A stretch of 64,000 bases of DNA, from assembly GCA_900088475.1 (NCBI GenBank), contig FLMG01001283.1, positions 1-64,000 of the forward strand, in the 5' to 3' direction. Below, in pieces: positions 14,335-24,028 of this stretch (position 1 is the stretch's first letter; every line of letters begins with the position of its first letter). The position numbers were made by a program, and so were the translations under genes. The stretch comes from Hyphochytrium catenoides. Lineage: Eukaryota; Protista; Hyphochytriomycota. The notes below the pieces were generated by a model that did no database searches, was not told where the DNA came from, and was given only the letters and a program-made list of their open reading frames with translations.

Positions 14335-14487
14335 ATCTTGAGCTAGACATGGCCGCTTCACGGCCTCAAACAGTTCCCCAAGCTTCAGCATCAGATTTGA
14401 AGCTATATCTAACTAGGGTTGCGGGCACCACAGGATGGTTGACGTCTCTTTCTCGATTCTTTTCTCTCTTACCCTAACTCAAATAAC

Positions 14488-15150
14488 TCAAACAGCAAGA
14501 GCTGCAGCCACAACAGCTCCTGTGGCGCCTAAGAGATAGTAGTTTGTTCTCTCTACGTCTGGGACGGTTAGAGTTGAAGGTTCATTGTCCCAGTACTACG
14601 AGACGCGGATGAGCATTGTGATGGTTAGTAACGGATAGATGACGCCCATACTCTTGTTTATAGATTCTTACCCAGTGACGGACGGCGGCCAAGTAGTGGT
14701 AAGTGACTGGAAAGGTAACTGCCACCTTGGACAGGGCAAGAAGGGCGGGGTAATCGTGGATGGCGGTCATAAGCTCTACAGGGTTGTAGCCAGCTAGAGA
14801 AGTTCCTGCGATAACGCTGAGACCTGGAGGAAGGCGAAGTGCAAAAATTTAGTTGACTGGGAGGCGGCGTGGCTCCTTATAAGGGAAAGCTTACCTCCAC
14901 TCATGACTACGCCGGTAATGCGCACCATGATCGATGTAATTGCGGATGGCGGGAAGGCATAGATAGTCAGGTGAGGAGAGACTGGGCGGCCCTTCCGAGC
15001 TTGCTTGGCGGTATAGGTTTCCTCTGGCGACGCAACGTTGGCATGACGACGGAAGACGATAGGGACTCCTCCCTTCTTAAGAGCAGGAACAGCTAGGGTC
15101 CGCCAGGTTGGCAAAGTCTTCAGCGATGTAGCGACACGTGCGACCGACAT
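14488..15150 (-). CDS. SDH3: Succinate dehydrogenase cytochrome b560 subunit (SDH3/SDHC)
   Basis: Presequence followed by GRPVSPHLTIYAFPPSAITSIMVRITGVVMSG and FPVTYHYLAAVRHW|WD with the heme-ligand His. Introns lie near 14893-14825 and 14670-14595. TGA at 14488. Confidence 0.93.
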
Positions 15151-16127
15151 GTTTTCCAGAAAAGAAAAGCTACTGCTCGCTTCCGTATAACAGTGTTAAA
15201 CAGGCTCAGAGCTTTTTATGGTACGGGAGTGTGAAGCTTTCTCATGCCAAGCTCTGCTCTCAGCAATCTGCAGACAGAGTTCTGAAAGTAAGAAAGTGTC
15301 AACAAGAAAGAGACAAGTGGAGTCAGAGAACATCGAGAAAGAGTAAGATTGAGATATGAGGTTCGTGGAATAAAAGCTATTTGAAACGAGAAGGGTGAGA
15401 GAGAAAGACCGGTCAAGAGCCAGCTGGAACAGCGTAAAGTGTGCTGTGTTGTAGAGCTTCCTACTCTAACTTTGCAGTATAAGCACTTACGTGCCCTAGT
15501 CAGGAGTCAACTTCAGCCTTTACCTTGCGGCCATTCCCTCATATCCCCTAAAAATAGCCCTAGGCGGCCAAGAAAGTATAGCCCAATCGTGAAATTCGCA
15601 TCAGAGCGCACGTGGCTAAGGGTGATCTGTGGGAATATGCTACTCCCTTTAACGGTAATCATGATGACAAACAGTCGAGGATGCAAGAGGGACAGGGGGA
15701 TCTACTAATGAGAGAGCGTTTTAGTGTCAAGATGGTGGTGACAAAGACGGCAAATGAGGAAGGAAAGCGCTTGATGTCGATGACCGGCCTCCAACAGCAG
15801 CTGCTGATGAGAGCTTCGGATCAGTCCACTCATAGAGTTCCGTGCTGATTTCTATCTCTGTCGCTGGAGCTATAGACACTCGGACGCAGTGACGAACCGT
15901 CATACAACTAACTAAGGCTGAGGTCAGAAGCTTCACGAGGACAGCCTTAAGGATTGGTTCAAGGAGACTGGCTAGAGAAAAAGGGCTTGTGCCATTCCCG
16001 TTAATTGCAGCACAGGTGAAAAGTTAGAGCCCGTGTTGAGGTGCAAGGCTGTCAAGGAAACTGATCACGTACTGCCTTTCTTCACCTTGGTGCATTGTTA
16101 TTATGACAGATCCCATCAGTCAGAACG

Positions 16128-16649
16128 ATGATGTCCACAAGAAGAGTGACCTCCTTGCTGAAGAAGCCAGCCTTCAATCTTGCCCGACCAGCGCTAAGGA
16201 GAGATTATCGCGCCGGAACACCTCTAAAGAAGTCGATGGACATTGTTCACGGTATGCGTTAGTTAGACAAGCTAATCGGGTCAGTGCCTTGGAGACGCTC
16301 ACGCTCTTGTTCTATAGCTGAGGTGGGCACGCACAAGCTCTTCCACAAGAATGTCTTGGCGCTCTTGGTCCTCACTCCGGTGGCCATCTTCTCCAGTCCT
16401 TCTATCATCTCAAAATTTGCAGAGGTCCCGCTAGCGGTCCTCTTCCCGATGCACCTTCACCTGGGCCTCAATGCTATGGTCGCCGATTACGTCCCAAGAC
16501 CCATTCAAGAGCCTTCGCGCTATGCCGTTCTCGCTATTTCCGCTTTTCTGACTCTAGGACTTCTCAAGGTGACAGTAACTGGGCCTGGACTTACGGAAAC
16601 GCTGAAGGCCCTCTGGAAAAAGCCTGAGAAGAAGGAAGTGACAGCTTGA
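16128..16649 (+). CDS. SDH4: Succinate dehydrogenase small anchor subunit (SDH4/SDHD, CybS)
   Basis: Exon 1 (16128-16251, MMSTRRVTSLLKKPAF...) is a presequence; intron 16252-16317. Exon 2 carries LAVLFPMHLHLGLNAMVADYVP and GPGLTETLKALW, the CybS motifs HxHxG..DY and G.GxTxxxKxLW. Confidence 0.92.
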
Positions 16650-16947
16650 AGGATATACTTATAACAAGTGGATTATTGGTCTCTTGAAAACTGGCATCCG
16701 CAGGGTCGTGCCTTCATCAGTAGACAGCTAACACCTTGGGATGGGGATGCAGCTTAGGACTGCACATTGCCTCTTCTTGGCCAACGGATGGGAGTTTGTG
16801 AGTGTAATTGTAGCATGTTTTACTGCCTTTCGACTCTCTAGAAGGGGCAAAGCCTCTGCCAGGGTCACTAGAGGCAACAGGTCACTTAAGCAATAATGTT
16901 TTGACGATTAAGCGTTGGAAATGAAAGGTGTTGCCTGGCTATGCTCT

Positions 16948-17686
16948 TCAAAACTGCATGACATCCTTCTAATGGCACAAATGGTAAGAAGCAGAGTTGA
17001 CCCTCTTCCAATGCTCTAGCACCGTACCGTGGGTGGAGGCGATCGTAGGCACTCATCTAAGGCTATAAGGACATCTCTAATAGTATAGATAGGCATCCAG
17101 CCGTCACCGAGAATTGGCAGGTTTATCTGACCGCTTTGGTCAATAAGATGCGAGGTAACCTGTCTTGGCTTCAACCAAAGATGGACGGTCCAAGCTTAGT
17201 CAGGTGGCATCACGAAAGCCAGCTAGCTGGTGGGGTCAACACACCTACCTCCAGAATATGGACTATGGGAGCCTTGTGCGGGTAATATTTGGAGACTTGC
17301 AAGGATATATGAGTATTGCCTGGTACCAGGTTGGCAGGCAGCAAGCAGCGGTGAGGCTCCTTCACAGGAGCTCAGTCGGGAGGGATGGCGAGCGTTAACT
17401 TACCTAAGGACTTGAGGACAATGTGCAGCCTCATCGGGTCTGGCGTACGGCTGATGGCGACCAGTTCTCGGTCTTCTAGATCCTCGCATTCCTTGATGTC
17501 TAGCCGTACTATCTATGAGTATGTTCTTCCATCCAGGAGAGCTAGTAGCGTGAGGATAAAAGAAGGGTCTTTACCTCGTCGAAGCCTGATTTCGCCTGCG
17601 GAGACTGTGATCCTCACTTTCTTCAATGAATCGACTAAGTTGGGTCCCGTGTCCTCATACTTCCGCTTATCCGACCGCCGTAGCAT
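16948..17686 (-). CDS. Ubiquitin-conjugating (E2/UBC-fold) protein, Ubc12-like N-terminus, catalytic Cys absent (pseudo-E2)
   Basis: Spliced product: MLRRSDKRK...VSAGEIRLRR|DIKECEDL...TPDPMRLHIVLKSL|GNTHISLQVSKYYPHKAPIVHILE|VTSHLIDQSGQINLPILGDGWMPIYTIRDVLIALDECL. The C-terminus ends at 17016 if unspliced, or ~16948 if spliced. Confidence 0.75.
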
Positions 17687-18198
17687 AGCAGGGAAGAAGA
17701 AGAGCTCATCCCAAGCCTGCACCGCTTAAGCCTTGATTTATGCACCCTTTGCCATTTGCATGGAGATAGATCTAGTCAGGCTTCTAATTGTCTTTCACTC
17801 TTAGGCTTTGTCGCTGAGCAGTGAGTGGCCACGCGACCCGAGATCACCGGTGCGTTTTCCAGGGATGCATCTCACTTGTTTACTGAGTGATGGCGGTGAT
17901 GGCGGCGGCAAAATAATGTTCTTTCTCAAGAAAAACCACAATCTTCAAGTGATGATCCTCCACGAAAGCCGCCAACGGCGCGATAAGGCGAGTTTGTTCA
18001 CGCTCGTGTGTCTCCAAATCTCCTTGGTAGAATGTTTCGCGTCGCGCGCTAGACAAGCAGCCGCCAGCTCTATGCATATCTTAGCTCATACGCAGACTCC
18101 TAGTCCTACGAGGCTGCCCACTGGGGAGGTATGGCGGGAGTAAAGCATACAGGCTTGTTGTGGGTGGTATCTAAGAAGTCTAGCGGGTCTATCTGTTC

Positions 18199-19143
18199 AT
18201 GGAGAGCGCCGTAGACGAGGATGCGGACCGCTGGCCTTCAGCACCTCTAGACTGTCCTCGGATGGTCATCGATGCTGCTCTTACTGAGCATGTCAAGCTG
18301 CCCCTGCGAGAAAATTCCTCGAGAAGGGCAGCAGAAGGTAGCGACCCAAATGCGCCGGTGACCTCGATCACCAGAGAGTACCTGACACTCAGAGTCCACC
18401 AGCATCCTCCGTCAGGTGTGGGAGGCGCCATATATAATGGGGGTGAGTGATCTCTTCTTTTGAAACACAGCAGGATTATTGATAACAGGGCACCTTTCAG
18501 CGCGGGATCTTGCCGTCTATCTCTGTGCATGTGACCTTCAGCTCCGTGGCAAGAGAGCGATAGAGTTAGGCAGCGGCACAGGCATTGTTGGCATCGTTGT
18601 TGCTCAGCTAGGAGGCTCCTCATTAATAACTGACTTGCCGGAGATGCTTCCCCTGATATCGTTAAATATCCAGGAGAACAATCTGCCGGATGAGGTGGCT
18701 CAAGAATGTCCGTTGGACTGGTTTCAGCCACGGAAAGCATGGGATCCTCTTATCCAGCCACCGTATGACTACGTCCTAGGCGCTGAGATCACGTACGATC
18801 CAGCGGTAGGTCCAGCACTGCTGAGGACCATTCTGTCGCTTAGCGGACCCGACACCATCATAGTATTGGCCCATAACGAACCAGCATTCAGTACGAAAGA
18901 GCTTTCTTCTGTCCTACCCATTTTCCAGGAGAACTTGCATCAAGAGCTAAAGATGCAAGAGCAGGTTGGTCGGCGTCGCCGTGCCAAAGGCCGCTCAAAG
19001 TTTCTAACCATAAATGGTTGTAGGGGTTCCCAGGCTTCAGTCAATGTCCTGGCTGGAGAGAAAGCTTCATTCCTTTGAGGAAGATCAGCACCGGCTGGCC
19101 CAACACCTTTATATGGCACTTTAAGGTCAGGCCCGAAGCCTGA
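18199..19143 (+). CDS. Seven-beta-strand lysine methyltransferase, METTL21/Methyltransf_16 family
   Basis: GVGGAIYNG|ARDLAVYL; motif I AIELGSGTGIVG; ITDLPE; PLDW; YDYVLGAEITYD. Two GT-AG introns (~18443-18500 and ~18964-19023). Confidence 0.88.
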
Positions 19144-21399
19144 TCCTCTGTTAGAGCTTGATGTAGGGAGGAATCCCAACAATGACCCATAGCTTCATTC
19201 CATACCAAGTCTGGGCTGCTTTACGGTGCAAGCGCCTTATCACGTCATCGCTAGAGCAGCTTACCTCTATGAACACTGCATGCTGGAAGGCCAATCATAA
19301 CTCTCTTTAACCAATGCAAGGGAAACGGTCAAGTTTCTCTGCTGCAACGCCACATTGTCATCAGGACCAAATCATCGTGTCGGAAACTTGAAGAGCAACC
19401 GAAAGAACTAGGCGAGGGCCTCATCTAGTATGACCAAAGCAGGGATCGAAAGGGTGAGGCAAACGACTGTATTCTATTCTCCCCTTGGTGCGTTGTGATG
19501 AATGACCGTTTATTCTCCCCCATTTTTCCTAGAGCCATTTGAGCATCATTTATTATCACTTATCACTCGCCGCTAGGACTCCTATCAAGTGCGTTGTTAT
19601 AGCCAGAATAAGGAGCAGTTCAGTCCCAATGAAACAAGAGATGTACAGTCCTAACGGGTTGCGCAGTGCCTTGAACACACTACTGGTCAGCATTACCAGC
19701 TAGACGTTAGTCCTCGCCGCATTTTGATATTCTATTAGCTAAAATCTTGTCTGTCTGATTCAGCTTTCAGTCGCTCTCTATCGAAGTGGCTATTCAACGA
19801 AGTTATTCCGGGCGCCAGTGTCAAAGAGATCAATAAAGCGAAAGCGTTTGCTGGGATGTAGCCCAAAAGCACCGAAGAGTCAGCTAGCCACCTTCTTTGA
19901 AGCGAAATTTGTCTCTCAGGCCGCCGTTTCTGACTCTAATTCAGAATGAACCGCACCATCCCAACAGAAGCCCCTGTCTGTGTCTACATTACATAACGCC
20001 TGAGTGGTCGACCGATCAAGCTAAACAGAAATGCATGCGCTTTAGTTCACCATGCTCAGATGCAGTCTTGAAAGAAGAAAACGACGAGTAAACGCTATGT
20101 TGCCGCCGTCATAAACTAGTTAAAAAGCGGAGGAATGGCAGGGACCTATGAATGGCTCTGGGACCACTTCACATAGTAAGAGCTCAAGGGCATCTTCTAA
20201 GTTGAGGCGTACTATCGAGCCCATTGTTCCAAAGATTGTGTTTGATGTATCTTATAGTTTGGCTAGGATGTACCTCAACAATATTCGTCGCAATCGGCCT
20301 TCACTTGTAGCATGGTCAATGGACCTTTTAGCCTCAGGCACGGCTTGCCCCTAAATGTAGGGGAAAAAGGTGACCGAGATCACATCAGGAGATCGCCCCG
20401 TCGCGCCATTCTTAGTACTTCTCATCAGTGTCCTCAGTTACTACCTTCGCCTTCTTCCTCTGCTGCTGGTGGTGCCGTAGTCAGGAGTGATCAGTATCAC
20501 TCTCAAAAGTAAGACAAGTGAAGTAAGAAGAAGTCGTACCCATCGCTGCACTAAGAGAGGTAGTGAGACTTTCCTTTGGTCGTCGGGACAAATCTTTGAT
20601 AAAAGGTACCAGCGGTTGCAGCTGTCTCAGGCAATGTAGGGTCTTCTAGCGCTTTCTTTCTGCTGCTGCTGCTGAAAGCACTTGATCATAGGTAAGAAGT
20701 AACACAACAGGTACTGGATATTAGAAGGATAAGTTCACCAACCAAGTCAGTGTTACTTACACCTGAGAAGGAGAAAAGAGCTTGATGCAGGATCCCCGGC
20801 AGCACTCTTCCGTAGGGAGCTAGTCTCCTTCACCTTCGGTAGTAAGAGAGCCTTCGAAGATGGCACACCTGCCCTGCTGATTGGTCCGAAAGATTTAAAA
20901 TGTGTGGGCCTTCCTCAATTGCCTCTGGCGCATGCATCTTCCGCAAACCCGCATGTTGATCATTCCGAGCCGCGTCATTCCAGCCTTGCCAGGAATTGCG
21001 TTGCCCCGAACAGTCCTTGGTGGTCTGCAGCTAGTAGTGGCGTCTTAGTTAAGGATAGACGAGGGCGTAGTCGTTCTCGCCATCCTACTTCATGCCAGCT
21101 CCCTAGTTGCCGATTAGCTACTGTTGCTCACCCAAGTCCCAACAACCTCTTCTGCCTCATTGTCCTGTTCTGTAGGGTTTACTCCTTTCTACCAGGACAA
21201 AGCTCTTGATAGGTTCTTCTCTCTCTCTTCCAATAGGTAAGGTACGAAGGAGGATGTATGGTAGAGGCGACAAGGCGAGTTCGTCAGACAAGGAACTGTT
21301 TCCTGCTTGAACGCAGCCCATTTCCCATCATAGACTAAGGGTGGCATTGAGGAGTAATCGCGGTAGGGTACTGACCTGAATCATTAGTTCAGTCTGTTC

Positions 21400-23151
21400 T
21401 TATGTCTTCTTCATCCTGGCCTGCTTCAGCAATTTCATCTTGGCTCTATAACGCTGTCGCGGTGGGTCCTGGCAACCTTGTTCATGCCACTGGATCGGGA
21501 CTGGAAGCTCTATCTCCTGACTAACTCCCGGAATGCTATAAAATATATTCTCCACTTCAAAAGGTGCAGCTCTGTCAGGGTTCGTTGGGGTTTTGGCGAG
21601 ATTCTCAACAAGCTCTCTCCATAGCTGGACTTGCTTCGAAGCACCAAAAAGTTTCTTCCCTAGAAGTGCCTGCACAAACGTGTCGTTGGCTATTTGCTTT
21701 TCATCTATCGGCCAATCGAAAGCGATTCCGTGGTAACCGGTAAAGGTGAAGGCTGTAGAGAGATTGGTGAACACCAAGTTGCAGTGTGCACAGCATTTCT
21801 TGGAAGTGCCAACGTAGCGAGGCTCACTTCCTGAAGACAAATAGTGGTGTAGGATTCTCATCTCAGCATGTACACCTGCCTTCAGGTCTTCCCCAACTGC
21901 CAGTATCCACTTATCACGAGGGCTTGACGCCCACAACCTTTCGTGGAGAGTGTTGGGGATCCCTTCGTTCTTCCAAACGGCGTATTCAAGCCGATTCAAC
22001 GCCACAATGTAGCTCGCACACCACAAATACTGTTTTGTCATGAAAGCATTATTTCTAAGACTTTTTGGAAACTGAAGACTTGGTCTACGATTCTCCAGCC
22101 ACTTTTTCACTTCCTCAACGTCCAGCAACACGAAAGGATCTTGTTTGCTGGTGTAAAATTCCTTCAAAATGGGCTGGAAGAGTGCCCAACACTCTCGCGT
22201 AAGTTCGTTCCCTTCATCTGGTTTCTTACGTTTGTTCTTCTTTACCCACATAGACGCTGCCCAAGCCAATGACTGACGAAAGAGCCTCTCTCTCAGTTGG
22301 ATGAGAGCACTGATTAAATCCGCTTGGGTTTTCGTCTCTTTGTATCCTACTGCAAAGCGTGAGATATACCCAAGATGATCGATGAGGTATTCTGCACGTC
22401 TTTGGAGGGGATTCAGCGGTATATCTCGCGGTTCCATCTTGAAGATTACTGCTGCTGGGATAACCATGTTCTGCTTCCATTCTGGGCTGCGTCCTTGATT
22501 ATTAGACTCAACAGTGTCTTGTGAGAAGAAGACACTAGGTGAGATCTTCTGCTGGAGCTCACCAATTACTGTCACCGTGAACCCGAATGCCTCTTCAACC
22601 TCCTTCAGGTCTTCCTTGAATATGCTATCCCCGTTGAGCACCAACATGCCTGAACAGTTGTCATAGTAGCGAAACGTTCTCTTCATCTCATGTTGAAAAG
22701 AAAATGGTTCCTCATCCGTTACACTGCAACCTTTTCCGATGCGCTGTAAACTCACGTTGGCCACAACCTTGAATTCAACCTCCTTAAAGGGGCAACAAGG
22801 GCTTCTTCCTGTGCTCCAGGCTTCCAGGTGCCACGTGATCCTATTGAAGTGCTCGTGCTCATTGTTGGTAGCGATGAACAACTTCTTGTCTTTATCGTCC
22901 CACGATGCCGCACCACATATCTCATCCCCAGCAACCAGGAGTGCCACACAATCTATGAACAGATCTCGATGCCGTGAATGGCCCCTCATTTCTGAGCTGT
23001 TCGCTTTAACCAAACGGCGGTGGAACCTAGTTTCGAACCGCCTCTTTCCCTTCATGCTACTACCGAAACACCGCAACAACACGCAACAGGGCTTCCGCCT
23101 CTCGAAAGAATGCAGCAGTTTCACAGAGCTGTGGATCTTGTAGTAGGCCAA
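21400..23151 (-). CDS. Intronless OTT_1508-like nucleic-acid deaminase (Zn-dependent); first ATG 23055 gives 551 aa
   Basis: Single 583-codon ORF. Catalytic motif VHAEMRIL (HAE at 21870-21862) followed by YVGTSKKCCAHC (21795-21781) and GYHG...W. N-terminal DCVALLVAGDEICGAASWD...LFIATN segment is typical of this family. Confidence 0.82.
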   Translation of the reverse strand: MAYYKIHSSVKLLHSFERRKPCCVLLRCFGSSMKGKRRFETRFHRRLVKANSSEMRGHSRHRDLFIDCVALLVAGDEICGAASWDDKDKKLFIATNNEHEHFNRITWHLEAWSTGRSPCCPFKEVEFKVVANVSLQRIGKGCSVTDEEPFSFQHEMKRTFRYYDNCSGMLVLNGDSIFKEDLKEVEEAFGFTVTVIGELQQKISPSVFFSQDTVESNNQGRSPEWKQNMVIPAAVIFKMEPRDIPLNPLQRRAEYLIDHLGYISRFAVGYKETKTQADLISALIQLRERLFRQSLAWAASMWVKKNKRKKPDEGNELTRECWALFQPILKEFYTSKQDPFVLLDVEEVKKWLENRRPSLQFPKSLRNNAFMTKQYLWCASYIVALNRLEYAVWKNEGIPNTLHERLWASSPRDKWILAVGEDLKAGVHAEMRILHHYLSSGSEPRYVGTSKKCCAHCNLVFTNLSTAFTFTGYHGIAFDWPIDEKQIANDTFVQALLGKKLFGASKQVQLWRELVENLAKTPTNPDRAAPFEVENIFYSIPGVSQEIELPVPIQWHEQGCQDPPRQRYRAKMKLLKQARMKKT

Positions 23152-23439
23152 CTAACTCCAGCAACAAGTGAGCTCCCCAATTTGCAGCTGAGATGACGAA
23201 CTGGACGAAGCTCGCTTTCCCCAGAAATCATCTACTACGAGTACAGGGTTTAGGGCGCCACAAGGGGAACACCCCAAGGAATACATCAACTAAAGTCTGT
23301 ACTGTAAATAACAACTCCAACATCCAGAAATTTCATCGAAAAGTGCGGTATTACTGTAGTAAGGCTTATCTGCTTTATTCTTAGTGGAAATATCTATGGA
23401 GTTGTGTGGGCTCTAGACTCTAGACCTCCCCTAAACGAA

Positions 23440-23460
23440 CGGGTAGGCTCTCGGCCTACC
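23440..23460. repeat. Perfect 8-bp inverted repeat GGGTAGGC-tctcg-GCCTACCC followed by T-runs
   Basis: Read directly from the sequence, ~290 bp upstream of the deaminase ORF. Confidence 0.8.
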
Positions 23461-23514
23461 CATCCTTTTTGAGGTTTTTCTCTGCGAACCCCCGTAGTTT
23501 ATACTCCTTGAGGC

Positions 23515-23576
23515 GCAATTCTTCTCCCAGACCTGCAATTCCTCTTCCAAAACCTGAAATTCTTCTCCCAGACCCT
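23515..23576 (+). repeat. 3 x 20-21 bp tandem repeat (GCAATTCTTCTCCCAGACCT variants)
   Basis: Units at 23515-23534, 23535-23555 and 23556-23576. Confidence 0.85.
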
Positions 23577-24028
23577 CCGAACGCATTACAGAATACATGA
23601 AGCCATGAAGCTATTATTTATAACGTTCACGAATGGCCATACTGTTTTAGGATTTAGTTGTTGTTAGTTGTACTGTCGTATGAGCAAGCTCTTCGCCCTT
23701 GTAATAATAACCCTACGAGTACTGTAGGCAATAGCAAGCTGCAAAATCTGCAACTTTTCAATGAAGATGCAACCAGGTTAGAAGACAGTCGGATCAAGGG
23801 TTGATGCAGCTGTTGATGCTATCTACCCGCGGGTTAAGGTCGTCGCGCCACTGCCCTCCTAGAAATCTTGTTTGTCAGGGGTCATCAGTAGTGCGAATCA
23901 AAACCTCGCTGTCTGCTGGAAAAGGAAGTGAGAGGTCCTGGTAGGGGTAGCGGATTTCGTAGCACCGAGAACTCCTAAATAAAGCGGTTGGGAGCACGTC
24001 GTCTTCCGCTTTACCGAGGGAGGCAAGG

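Noticed and set aside
15439-15936. Short ORFs in the SDH3-SDH4 spacer
   Set aside because: No recognisable motifs or splice structure; probably promoter or UTR sequence.
23515-23576. Repeat triplets here and at 63595-63642 as CRISPR-like arrays
   Set aside because: The units are contiguous with no spacers, there are no cas genes, and the context is eukaryotic.
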